A stretch of 64,000 nt of DNA from positions 1,550,001 to 1,614,000 of the forward strand of contig MU008161.1 in the NCBI GenBank assembly GCA_010909165.1, written 5' to 3'. Source of the stretch: Anthoceros angustus (lineage: Eukaryota; Plantae; Anthocerotophyta). A model generated the notes under the pieces. That model was not told the origin of the DNA. It did not search any database and saw only the letters and a program-made list of their open reading frames with translations. The translations under genes and the position numbers were made by a program. Positions 46,778 through 59,491 of this stretch are shown piece by piece (within the stretch, counting starts at the first letter, position 1; each line of letters opens with the position of its first letter).

Positions 46778-49700
46778 TGTTGAGCTCATGCTCTTGTAGT
46801 CTCGATATACCTTCCAGCGGGCGTACGCCATTATGAAAAGGGGCACTCCACCCAATGGCTGCACAAGGTGTCCCACGCCACCTCGTCCTTAGTGTCCCAA
46901 CTCCATGCTTCAGCCTTGTGTATCTTCATCCAAAGTGGCCACACTTTCGTTGCGAAGCCCCTACATCTGCAATTTGTTCTATCTAAAAACAATCGGCTCA
47001 ATTTGTCCAACATCTCCTCCTTTGTCCTTGGCCTCTGCAAAAATTCCAAACTCTCGATGCGGGAGACTTCTACCTTGCAAGCACAATAGAGGGTCCCCAT
47101 GAAGACGCGGGCCCACTGGACAAATATGCATATATGACGCCTCCTCACAAAAAGCTGCCCTTCATCAAGGCCATAGATACCGCCTCTCCTAGCTGTGCAT
47201 GGGATCCTTAATGGCCTTCGACAATTCGACATGCCTTAGCATTGTAAACACACAGTAGCAAAGGCAGGCAGACCCTTTCACACACAATCTATGTGATCAA
47301 CTACGGGTTTCCTGCACACAACACCTAGCCAGTAAGAGCTACCATGAGGGCTTGGGGCCACTCGACAGGAGAGTACCATTTGACATGATGTAATGAGGGA
47401 GGGCAGGCACCGAAGTCCTTAGCACACAAGGCTAGTGCGTATCGCTTTCATAATGGAGCATGAAATCCCATGAATCCATAGCCTCTATCGGAAATGACAT
47501 CAAATTTGTTCCAAGGTGTCACACCCCAAGCATGCTAGGCTGCTATTATGGACCAATGGAACAAGTTATGATAGTAGTCAATCATCATGCTATCATCGCC
47601 CACAGAGCTTGGCAAGGATGACAGCAGCAGTTGGGGAGCGTGAAGAAGTGCTAAAGAGGAGCCATATGTTGAGAAAGGTAACCTTGCATGTGACGCACTT
47701 GAACAAAAACAACCCATGCTGCAAACTCACGTGAGTCTTTGTTTGCAAGTGCATCTTAGCTAACTCACTGTGTTGTGTGTAGGTGCTTTGAAAGTGTGGA
47801 GGCACCCAACATCCCAAACAAGGAGAATCACCAATCTTGTTCACCTTACGTAGATCATGTTATCAAGGCAGCCTGAGCTGGAGGGGATGTTGTCTTAGGA
47901 CAGAAATTTTTGCTGATCCTGGAGCTACACGGAGACTACACAAGCTAGCCGAAGGTGCGTCATCTATGAGGGAGATGGGTGCATGTAAAAAAGTGTTGTG
48001 GGCTAAATTTAAAGAAAACTGGTGGCTATGTTGCAAACATGAGACCTGGACGGCCACTGTGAAAACTGATAAGAAAGGCAAAGGAAACCGCATGAGGAGA
48101 ATGGTGGAACCGGTATATTAGAATCCTAGTATCTTAATGTGTGGCTTTTACTTTTTGTGGCTTACTCAAACCCTAAACCCTATCAAATCGCACTACAGGT
48201 GGTTGAATGTAATTCTGATGTGCTGGTGTGGGTCTACAAGCCTCATACGAGGGCAAAAGAGTCCTTCAACTGTCCAAGGCCATCAAGGAGGAGGGTTGTC
48301 GCTGGCGGACGGTGACTTTAGAAGAAGGTTGGGAGGGGCTACTAGGTGGAGTTGATGTTAAGGTAAACCTATCACGTAAGCTTGATCACTTCTTCTTCCG
48401 TGTGAGGAAGACCCATCAGTCTCGTGTGAAAATAGCATTGAAGTGCGAATGCGGATGGTGGATGTGGTGCGGAGAGGTGTGGTCTGTTTCGGGTAGGCAA
48501 TTACGTAGACTGTAATTTGATCGAATCCATAATCGTGAGGTCTCGCGTGAACTTAGCCATTAATGCGGCCCTCCTCAACAAATCTCACAATACCAGAATA
48601 CCGGTCTTGCTCGGGTTAAGTGTAATGGCAGCCAGGCTCACATGACAAAGCGGTGAAGGACCATGGAATTTATTATTTGTGTTGTGTACGGATTGTGAGT
48701 TTGCCGTCTCATTAGGTCTAGTCGATGTTAGTTTGAGTGTCACATGGGTACGTCTGATCTTACGCCATTCCATAGAGCTAGTAAAGCTGATTCCAAGTAG
48801 TCAAGATAAGTCGGGTATGCGTAATATACCACGAAATAATATTACCGTACATTAAAGGGTGTGGATAATTAGGGGCAAAGGGTAGAAGATATGGTGGAAT
48901 GATTGCATGGTATATGTGTAGACAAATAAAAAGAATTGAGAAATGATGTAATTATGAGGATGGAGTAAGAGAGGAGAGTTGTAGCTCCATGATATAGTGA
49001 TGTTGCAATTCTGGTGTGGGCAACATGAACAAATAATTATCAAAGAGGGTGTATTAGTGAGTGAGGTAAGAGGAGAGGCGGGTCTTATGGGGTGTTTCGA
49101 GAAGTGCGTTTATGATGGACCCACTCTTTAAGCAATGCAGCCCATAATTATGTAGGCTAGCCATAGAACATGAATTTACTTGTGACATGTTGGAGCGTTG
49201 GGCTCTGAAGTCATGCGGGCCTTTCAATGTATAGGACATTGCCCTAGGCTTTCAAGCTTTCTTTCTGCCGTGTGAATGGTGGTTGATGCTACTACTAACG
49301 GGCAAGGTGTTGGGTAGGCCCCGTTTCTATTTTCGATAGTGTCTCCAGGGGTGTGTTGTCGAACACTGTTTTCTATCATTCTTGCGGGAAACCGTGTCAT
49401 TGTTGAGCTCATGCTCAGTAGTCTATACCTTCCATGACGCCATTATGAAAAGGGCACTCCACCCAATGGTCGCACAAGGTGTCCCATACCTCGTCCTTAG
49501 TGTCCCAACTCCATGCTTCAGCCTTGTGTATCTTCATCCAAAGTGGCCACACTTTCGTTGCGAAGCCCCTACATCTGCAATTTGTTCTATCTAAAAACAA
49601 TCGGCTCAATTTGTCCAACATCTCCTCCTTTGTCCTTGGCCTCTGCAAAAATTCCAAACTCTCGATGCGGGAGACTTCTACCTTGCAAGCACAATAGAGG

Positions 49701-52700
49701 GTCCCCATGAAGCCGACCCTGGACAAATATGCATATATGGCCTCCTCACAAAAAGCTGCCCTTCATCAAGGCCATAGATACCGCCTCTCCTAGGCATGCA
49801 TGGGATCCTTAATGGCCTTGACAATTCGACATGCCTTAGCATTGTAAACACGAGCAAAGCGGTGACCCTTTCACACACAATCTATGTGATCAACTACGGG
49901 TTTCACACACAACACCTAGCCGAAGAGCTACCATGAGGGCTTGGGGCCACTGGAGAGTACCATTTGACATGATGTAATGAGGGAGGCGGGGCACAAGTCC
50001 TTCAACCGCCCAAGGCCATCAAGGAGGAGGGTTGTCATGGCGGACGGTGACTTTAGAAGAAGGTTGGGAGGGGCTACTAGGTGGAGTTGATGTTAAGGTA
50101 AACCTATCACGTAAGCTTGATCACTTCTTCTTCCGTGTGAGGAAGACCCATCAGTCTCGTGTGAAAATAGCATTGAAGTGCGAATGCGGATGGTGGATGT
50201 GGTGCGGAGAGGTGTGGTCTGTTTCGGGTAGGCAATTACGTAGACTGTAATTTGATCGAATCCCGCAATCTGTATAGTGAGGTCTCGCGTGAACTTAGCC
50301 ATTAATGCGGCCCTCCTCAACAAATCTCACAATACCAGAATACCGGTCTTGCTCGGGTTAAGTGTAATGGCAGCCAGGCTCACATGACAAACTGGTGAAG
50401 GACCATGGAATTTATGGCTTATTTGTGTACAGCGGTGTACGAGTTTGCTCGTCTCAGCTAGGTCTAGTCGATGTTAGTTTGAGTGTCACATGGGCTGATA
50501 CAGAGTCTTACGCCATTCCATAGAGCTAGTAAACGCGCTTGATTCCAAGTAGTCAGCATAAGTCGGAGTATGCCGTAATATACCACGAAATAATATTACC
50601 GTACATTAAAGGGTGTGGATAATTAGGGGCAAAGGGTAGAAGATATGGTGGAATGATTGCATGGTATATGTGTAGACAAATAAAAAGAATTGAGAAATGA
50701 TGTAATTATGAGGATGGAGTAAGAGAGGAGAGTTGTAGCTCCATGATATAGTGATGTTGCAATTCTGGTGTGGGCAACATGAACAAATAATTATCAAAAG
50801 AGGGTGTATTAGTGAGAGTGAGGTAAGAGGAGGGAGAGGCAGGTCTTATGGGGTGTTTCAGAAGAAGTGCGTTTATGATGGACCCACTCTTTAAGCAATG
50901 CAGGCCCATAATTATGTAGGCTAGCCATAGAACATGAATTTACTTGTGACATGTTGGAACGTTGGGCTCCTGAAGTGGTGCCTTTCAATGTATAGGACAT
51001 TGCCCTAGGCTTTCAAGCTTTCTTTCCTGAATGGTGGTTGATGCTACTACTAACGGGCAAGGTGTTCGTAGGCCCCTTTCCGTTTCTATTTTGCCGATAG
51101 TGTCTCCGGTGTGTTGTCGAACACTTTCTATCATTCTTTCTGAAACCGTGTCATTGTTGAGCTCATGCTCAGTAGTCTATACCTTCCATGACGCCATTAT
51201 GAAAAGGGCACTCCACCCAATGGCTGCACAAGGTGTCCCACGCCACCTCGTCCTTAGTGTCCCAACTCCATGCTTTTGTGTATCTTCATCCAAAGTGGCC
51301 ACACTTTCGTAAAGCCCTACATACGCAATTTGTTCTATCTAAAAACAATCGGCTCAATTGTCCAACATCTCCTCCTTTGTCCTTGGCCTCTGCAAAATTC
51401 CAAACTCGTCGGGAGACTTCTACCTTGCAAGCACAATAGAGGGTCCCCATGAAGACGCAGGCCCACTGGACAAATATGCATATATGACGCCTCACAAAAG
51501 CGCCCTTCATCAAGGCCATGAATCCGCCTCCTAGGCTGTGCATGGGATCCTTAATGGCCTTCGACAATTCGACATGCCTTAGCATTGTAAACACGAGCAA
51601 AGCGGTGACCCTTTCACACACAATCTATGTGATCAACTACGGGTTTCCTGCACACAACACCTAGCCAGTAAGAGCTACCATGAGGGCTTGGGGCCACTCG
51701 ACAGGAGAGTACCATTTGACATGATGTAATGAGGGAGGGCAGGCACCGAAGTCCTTAGCACACAAGGCTAGTGCGTATCGCTTTCATAATGGAGCATGAA
51801 ATCCCATGAATCCATAGCCTCTATCGGAAATGACATCAAATTTGTTCCAAGGTGTCACACCCCAAGCATGCTAGGCTGCTATTATGGACCAATGGAACAA
51901 GTTATGATAGTAGTCAATCATCATGCTATCATCGCCCACAGAGCTTGGCAAGGATGACAGCAGCAGGTGGGGAGCGTGAAGAAGTGCTAAAGAGGAGCCA
52001 TATGTTGAGAAAGGTAACCTTGCATGTGACGCACTTGAACAAAAACAACCCATGCTGCAAACTCACGTGAGTCTTTGTTTGCAAGTGCATCTTAGCTAAC
52101 TCACTGTGTTGTGTGTAGGTGCTTTGAAAGTGTGGAGGCACCCAACATCCCAAACAAGGAGAATCACCAATCTTGTTCACCTTACGTAGATCATGTTATC
52201 AAAACTGAGGTGGAGGATGTTGTCTTAGGACGGAAATTTTTGCTGATCCTGGAGCTAACGGAGACTACACAAGCTAGCCGGTGCATCTATGAGGGAGATG
52301 GGTGCATGTAAAAAGTGTTGTGGGCTAAATTTTAAAAAAGCGGTGGCTATGTTGCAAACATGAGACACGGAATGAAGGATAAGAAAAGGCAAAGGAAACC
52401 GCATGAGGAGAATGGTGGAACCGGTATATTAGAATCCTAGTATCTTAATGTGTGGCTTTTACTTTTGTGGCTTACTCAAACCCTAAAACCCTATCAAATC
52501 GCTTTCTGGTGGTTGAATGTAATTACGATGTCTGTGGGTCTACAAGCCTCATACGAGGGCAAAAGAGTCCTTCAAGGCCATCAAGGAGGAGGGTTGTCAT
52601 GGCGGACGGTGACTTTAGAAGAAGGTTGGGAGGGCTACTAGGTGGAGTTGATGTTAAGGTAACCTATCACGTAAGCTTGATCACTTCTTCTTCCGTGTGA

Positions 52701-54167
52701 GGAAGACCCATCGATCTCGTGTGAAAATAGCATTGAAGTGCGAATGCGGATGGTGGATGTGGTGCGGAGAGGTGTGGTCTGTTGCAGGCAATTACGTGGC
52801 GTAATTTGATCGAATCCATAATCAGATAGTGAGGTCTCGCGTGAACTTAGCCATTAATGCGCCTCCTCAACAAATCTCACAATACCGAATACCGGTCTTG
52901 CTCGGGTTAAGTGTAATGGCGGCCAGCTCACATGACAAGCGGTGAAGGACCATGGAATTTATGGCTGTCTCTTTGCTTCTGGTTTGCGTTGTCATGGGAG
53001 TTTGATACTTTTGCGATCTGATTTATGCGTGCATGGAAGAGCCTGGGCTGATGATCCGGGGCCATGCTGCAGGACGGTGTAGTGGAACGGCTCTTCCAAT
53101 ACGACTCGTCGGATGAGGAACGGCTGGAGACAACAAGAGTACCGGATGATGAAGAGGAGGAGGCTATGCAGGAGCTGTTGGATTTGAAGAGACTGAGAGA
53201 CCTTTCGGAGAGGAGGAAAGAAGCACGGCTGCTGTGCCTGAACCTAAACGTTTTAAAGGGTGTTCGAGGCTACTCGCTGGGCCACCACAAGGCCAAGAGC
53301 TGGGATGCCGATCACTTGGCGGCGGACCACGAGAAAGAGCATCACTCGGATAACGATCATTTCGACAAGAGAGCAGCGGAAGAGGCTGGATGTGCTGGTA
53401 GCCAGGAACCGCCGTAAAGAGCGAATGGTGACACCGAGGACCCTGATCCTTTCCATGCCAGCACTCAGAGGAAGTGGGAATCGAAGCATAAGCGGCAGGA
53501 TCACCGTAGGCACCTACGGCGCAGCATATGGCATCCCACGGGCAGAATTGCGGGGCCATCCGCAGCAGAGGAGGCGAGGAATGCGGTCGATCCCCAGGCG
53601 CGCGTGGTATTGCATTTATGGCTGTCTCTTTGCTTCTGGTTTGCGTTGTCATGGGAGTTTGATACTTTTGCGATCTGATTTATGCGTGCATGGAAGAGCC
53701 TGGGCTGATGATCCGGGGCCATGCTGCAGGACGGTGTAGTGGAACGGCTCTTCCAATACGACTCGTCGGATGAGGAACGGCTGGAGACAACAAGAGTACC
53801 GGATGATGAAGAGGAGGAGAGGCAGGTCTTATGGGGTGTTTCAGAAGAAGTGCGTTTATGATGGACCCACTCTTTAAGCAATGCAGGCCCATAATTATGT
53901 AGGCTAGCCATAGAACATGAATTTACTTGTGACATGTTGGAACGTTGGGCTCCGTGAAGCTGCAGGCCTTTCAATGTATAGGACATTGCCCTAGGCTTTC
54001 AAGCTTTCTTTCTGCCGTGTGAATGGTGGTTGACTGCTACTACTAACGGGCAAGGTGTTCAGGTAGGCCCCTTTCCGTTTCTATTTTGCTGATAGTGTCT
54101 CCGAGGTGTGTTGTCGAACACCTGTTTTCTATCATTCTTTGCTGGGAAACCGTGTCATTGTTGAGCT
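46778..54167. repeat. Imperfect tandem array of a ~2.6-kb unit (46778-49400; 49401-51154 with ~870-bp deletion; 51155-52966) plus an inserted mosaic of the downstream XS gene (52957-53820) and a unit tail (53821-54167)
   Basis: TGTTGAGCT marks unit boundaries at 46778, 49401, 51155 and 54159. Copies differ by dense small indels. No recognisable protein in the unit. Confidence 0.9.
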
Positions 54168-55286
54168 ATGTGCCTGCTGTTGCTGTTGGCTTGAAGCCAG
54201 GCACTTACATTGGCCGTCTTCATTGTTTATTAGAAGGTGTTGTAGAACTGTTTCCTTGAGCAAACCGCTGCTAACCTGAACTGTCACTTGTTTAGCTAAT
54301 AGGCAGGGATGAAGCTGGTAAAACACGAGACACCGAGTCTCTACTAATCCTATCATAACTTTGTGTGTGTACTAGCTAACCATGTGCCTACAATGCACCC
54401 CCATTTATTCCTGAAGCTACATAAGTTTCAACAGTCTATGTTGAGATGGTGGACTTGCCCATAGAAGCAACATAGTTAGGAGGCTTTGCAACAATTGGAA
54501 AACTAGGGCTTGCTTGAGGGAGGTTTGTACTTATTGGTTCTACATAAGTATATATTTTAATAAATGTTGAAATCTGATAAAAATTATTTTTAAAGAATGT
54601 TGAAATTTTGAGAAAGAGGAATATAGATGCTGAACCTATATGTTTTTCAAAGAATAGTTATTTCGACTTTACCCTACTGAACCACCCCTCGGGGTGCGGG
54701 AGCATTTGGATTGAATCATTTTGCGTTGATAAGGGGCTCGACCATTTCCTTAATGCAAGATGAAAATGTTCACGAGAAACTAGCCGATAGAAAATTTTAA
54801 TACCTAGATGTTATTTTAGTATAGGTAACCTAATGGTCAGGATTACGAATATGTGTCATGGCCTTCATTCTCTTGGTTCAAAGCCTTTGCTTTTTGGCGA
54901 GAAAAGGCTATCCCGGCGGCGGGGCTCTAGTTCTTTCAGAGAATCGGTTGGCAAGTGCGCGCTTGGGCACAAGAGGCTTGGTAGAGGTTATTAGGTGAGC
55001 TTAAGAGGACGCTATTTACAGGACGGCAACGAGCGTAAGAGACGTGGCGTCGTCGGCACCAGTTGTAGGTAGGCCTTTCCTCACCTCGGACCACGACGTA
55101 ATCGGGGCAATAGGTAGCTTCGGGGTTGGCATTCGTGGGGGGCTAGTCCCCTTGGCTCTTGGCCCTTTAGTGGGTTGTCCCCCCTCGGTTCGGGGTAGAT
55201 GGAGTTTTCCATCTCTTCTTTTTAATAAAGTCTCCATTGCCTCTTCGGTGAGCTTAATTTGCGAATACCCAAGAAAAGATATGCGC

Positions 55287-55754
55287 AAGTGGGTTTTGTG
55301 GATGCTCTGCGTTTGAGTAAGAAGCTGGAGGCCTGTCATGAAGATCCTGAGAAATTGATACGGGTAGACCACCGAAGGTATCGGACACTGGTTGATCCCC
55401 ATGAGGATGATGGCCTCAGCTCTAGTGATGACTCTGCATATAGCAGGCGTGAAGCAGAGCTTCCAGGTAACCAGGTAAGAAATGCCACGAGACTAGTATC
55501 AGGTTGATAAAGAAAAGGAGGAGATGGGAAGAACTTACACTGGAGGCTGAAAAATCCACAAGAGTGGGTAGATGTTGATCCGGTGAATGGATTATGTGAG
55601 AAATGGTCGAATACATTTACGCTTACTCAAGACCCTTCTTCTGTGGAGGTGCATCCCTGGAAGTTGACTGAGAAGGTCTTCCACTTCCTCTCAATGTCTC
55701 CATCAAGTTCACTGCCAGTTTCCGTTGAAGATCCTGTCAACAGCATCGATCAAA
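55287..55754 (+). repeat. Displaced near-identical copy of 57519-57989 (XS-gene segment)
   Basis: Identical from AAGTGGGTTTTGTGGATGCTCTG to AGCATCGATCAAA apart from a few small indels. Confidence 0.92.
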
Positions 55755-56464
55755 TTTTTGAGCAATCCTGACATGACATGCTGTAGTCCAAACATTTGAG
55801 AAAAACCCTTGTGCTTTATAGACCCGGCATCGTCACCACGCATGGATATGCCTAAAACCGCCGAGATTTTTCCATCAAGCAAGCAGGCCTAATAAGCACC
55901 ACCGCCTGCACCCGGCTGAAGGGCAGATACGCCACAAGTCACTGGAGTGCGCATTTGCGTCTGTCAGCTTCCCCGGCAGGACAGCAAAACACATACGGTC
56001 GTGATACGCACGTGCTGAGGACCTTAGCCGAAACGCCGGCTCCCAGTCATTGCAGTGAAGCTGTGCTGAAATAGAAAGAACTGAGCGCAACGTGCCGCAC
56101 GCTGCACTCGCACTCGGAGTCGAGCACTCAAGGGGAATTCTTGCGGCGGATATGGGACAGCGGACATGGAGCGCGCGTCTCAGGGACAGGAAAGATACGA
56201 GGCCAACCGACGCATTCCTTCAAGGACAACACCATCTTATCCGAAAGGGAAGGGCATTCGGGGCAGAGCATTGTGCAGAGGCTGGGCTTCTGTCGCTCGT
56301 GTTTTTGCTCTGGTAGGGCTGCTTCTGGGGTAGCGGGGCCGGATTACTCTGCCCTGTCGTTGCAACTGACAGGTCTGGAACGGGGTGGGAACTCCCACTC
56401 GAGCTCCCACTGGTTCCAGCCCCTTTTCTGCCTTAGCATTTCCTGTGCATGGGGTGAGCGCTCC

Positions 56465-59158
56465 ATGGACCATTCGATGAGCCCCGACGAACACGAACAC
56501 GAGCAAGAGCAAGAAAAGGGTGTTCGAGGCTACTCGCTGGGCCACCACAAGGCCAAGAGCTGGGATGCCGATCACTTGGCGGCGGACCACGAGAAAGAGC
56601 ATCACTCGGATAACGATCATTTCGACAAGAGAGAGCAGCGGAAGAGGCTGGATGTGCTGGTAGCCAGGAACCGCCGTAAAAGAGCGAATGGTGACACCGA
56701 GGACCCTGATCCTTTCCATGCCAGCACTCAGAGGAAGTGGGAATCGAAGCATAAGCGGCAGGATCACCGTAGGCACCTACGGCGCAGCATATGGCATCCC
56801 ACGGGCAGAATTGCGGGGCCATCCGCAGCAGAGGAGGCGAGGAATGCGGTCGATCCCCAGGCGCGCGTGGTATTGCATTTATGGCTGTCTCTTTGCTTCT
56901 GGTTTGCGTTGTCATGGGAGTTTGATACTTTTGCGATCTGATTTATGCGTGCATGGAAGAGCCTGGGCTGATGATCCGGGGCCATGCTGCAGGACGGTGT
57001 AGTGGAACGGCTCTTCCAATACGACTCGTCGGATGAGGAACGGCTGGAGACAACAAGAGAGTACCGGATGATGAAGAGGAGGAGGGAGGCTATGCGGGAG
57101 CTGTTGGATTTGAAGAGACTGAGAGACCTTTCGGAGAGGGAGGAAAGAAGCACGGCTGCTATTGTGCCTGAACCTAAACGTTTTAAAGGGTGGAAAGACA
57201 GGATGGTGCATGCCGAGAAGGTCCTTCACAGCAAGCACGAACCTGACCATGGCTATTACCGCGAGCTCTACTACGCGCTCAGGGCTGATCAACCTGGATC
57301 GCAGGAGAGAAGGGCAATTTATGGTGAACCTGGGCTGGACGGCGAGGAGGAGGTGGACGCGGAATCCTCGTTCCTCTGGCCTCCCGTGTTACTTGTGAAC
57401 AACGCAGCTGCTCACAAGGTGGAGGATGAGAGAGAGACGACGGGGACGCTGACGGAGGTGCGGGCGGTCTTTTCTGGGAAGCACAACAAACAGAATGTGG
57501 TGGTGTATCCTGCCACAGAAGTGGGTTTTGTGGATGCTCTGCGTTTGAGTAAGAAGCTGGAGGCCTGTCATGAAGATCCTGAGAAATTGATACGGGTAGA
57601 CCACCGAAGGTATCGGACACTGGTTGATCCCCATGAGGATGATGGCCTCAGCTCTAGTGATGACTCTGCATATAGCAGGCGTGAAGCAGAGCTTCCAGGT
57701 AACCGGAGTAAGAAATGCCACGAGACTAGTATCAGGTTGATAAAGAGAAAAGGAGGAGATGGGAAGAACTTACACTGGAGGCTGAAAAATCCACAAGAGT
57801 GGGTAGATGTTGATCCGGTGAATGGATTATGTGAGAAATGGTCGAATACATTTACGCTTACTCAAGACCCTTCTTCTGTGGAGGTGCATCCCTGGAAGTT
57901 GACTGAGAAGGTCTTCCACTTCCTCTCAATGTCTCCATCAAGTTCACTGCCAGTTTCCGTTGAAGATCCTGTCAACAGCATCGATCAAAGCATGTGAACA
58001 TGCAGAAGAGAATCCAGCTGCTACACATGTGCAGTCTGAGTTCAGTAGAGGTCTGCAGACATACTCTAATGCTGTCGATGCGGATCGTCTAGGCATGACC
58101 TGTTTGCTGACAGCGGCAATGGTGGATATGGTCAGCTGCATTGCCTTCCACGTAAAGCTAGATGAAATCTCAAGGCACTATCTGCGCATCTAGAGATGCC
58201 ATCTTGATTCTTCTCCTCCTTACCGAGGCTTCAGTTCCGATATGGATGATTCAGCAAAGGCAAGCAGACCTTAGATTCAAAGAACAGTTGCAGCAAACAA
58301 GACGGCAAAGCGCTTCAAGCAGGAAGAAGCTGGCAGATGAACTGAAAGCCATTGAGCACGAAATGAGACGGGACAAGCTCTTGTGGCTGCAGGAACTGAA
58401 GACTGTAAGGGATCGATTCGCAGACATGGCAGACGACATGAAGGATAACGAGTAAGGAACTGTAACTACGGAGGAATCTTCTCACCCTGTCAGAACGAGG
58501 TTAAAAAGCACCTGCATGTTTCGCAGGTCAAAGAGAGAGCTTGATCAGGAAATAAGAGCTATGCAACAAGAGCAGGAATATGAGCAGCAATATCAGGCAA
58601 ATGCAGATGAGGTTGATAGACAGAATGCAGAGAGATTTGACCGAGACTTTCTGTTCTTACAGAACAAGAAAAGGGCAGAGGTAGTCGCCTAGCAACCCAT
58701 CGTTCACATCTTGACAGCTAACTGCTTTGCAACCAGAGCCCTCGCCCTTTTCAACGCTCTGTGGGCTCACATTCTCCGTTTTTCCAGACTGAAGTTGAAG
58801 GACAGGCTCTTGTAAAGGAGTGGACCGCGGAAGAGAAGACCCTGGAAGGAGAGGTGGTTGAGGCAAGACGAACAAGAAAACAAATGAGGCGGCGACTGCA
58901 GCAAAAATTTCTGGACAGGTTATTGCCTACAACAATTTTGACTCTACTTTCCTGGTGGATGATCTCCCTAAGGGGCACAGTCAACACTTTGCTGACCTTG
59001 TCAGTCTGGCTTGGCTGCCTTCCTGCAGGAGGAATCAGCATATGGCAAATCTAGGGCATCTGTTGGACTCTGATATTGTCCACCATTCCGACTATCTGAA
59101 CGTGGATGAGCAACCCCTGGAGATCGCTGGCGTAGTCAATGATGTGAAGGGATTTTGA
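56465..59158 (+). CDS. XS-domain protein with C-terminal coiled coil (SGS3/IDN2-FDM-like), multi-exon; 3' exon structure uncertain
   Basis: Exon 1 56465-56866, exon 2 from 56993. MVHAEK..HGYYRELYYAL (zf-XS tail-like), FLWPPVLLVNN and VVVYPATEVGFVDALRLSKKL (XS-like), GKNLHWRL, then coiled-coil exons at 58.2-58.9 kb. Confidence 0.6.
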
Positions 59159-59491
59159 AGCTGTTTTTTTGAGACACGAGGTTAAGTGTCTGAATAAGAG
59201 ACACACATGATGTCAGGTCGCATATTCAAGTCTCACAATTGATGTACCAGCTTATTTGCAGTTCGGGACTGCCTCCTCTTAAACTCCTAGACTGTTCATG
59301 TACTTCTTTCGCTGGCGACATATGATCACAGATAATTGGGACAACCAAGGACAACGTATGCTCAGTGTTTCTCAGTTGATGTGCAGGCTGTAGCTCATAA
59401 CACATCTTTTATGACAGTAGGAGTGTTAGTATATACAAAGGATGCCACGAACTTGTGGGCAACTCTGTTTGCGTCTGGTCACTGGTGGCCC

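Noticed and set aside
48166-48181. Interstitial telomere (AAACCCTAAACCCT)
   Set aside because: Only two units; indistinguishable from a chance or telo-box motif.
53064-53986. Separate XS-like genes at 53 kb
   Set aside because: These are rearranged, frameshifted pieces of the 56.5-57.2 kb gene inside the mosaic.
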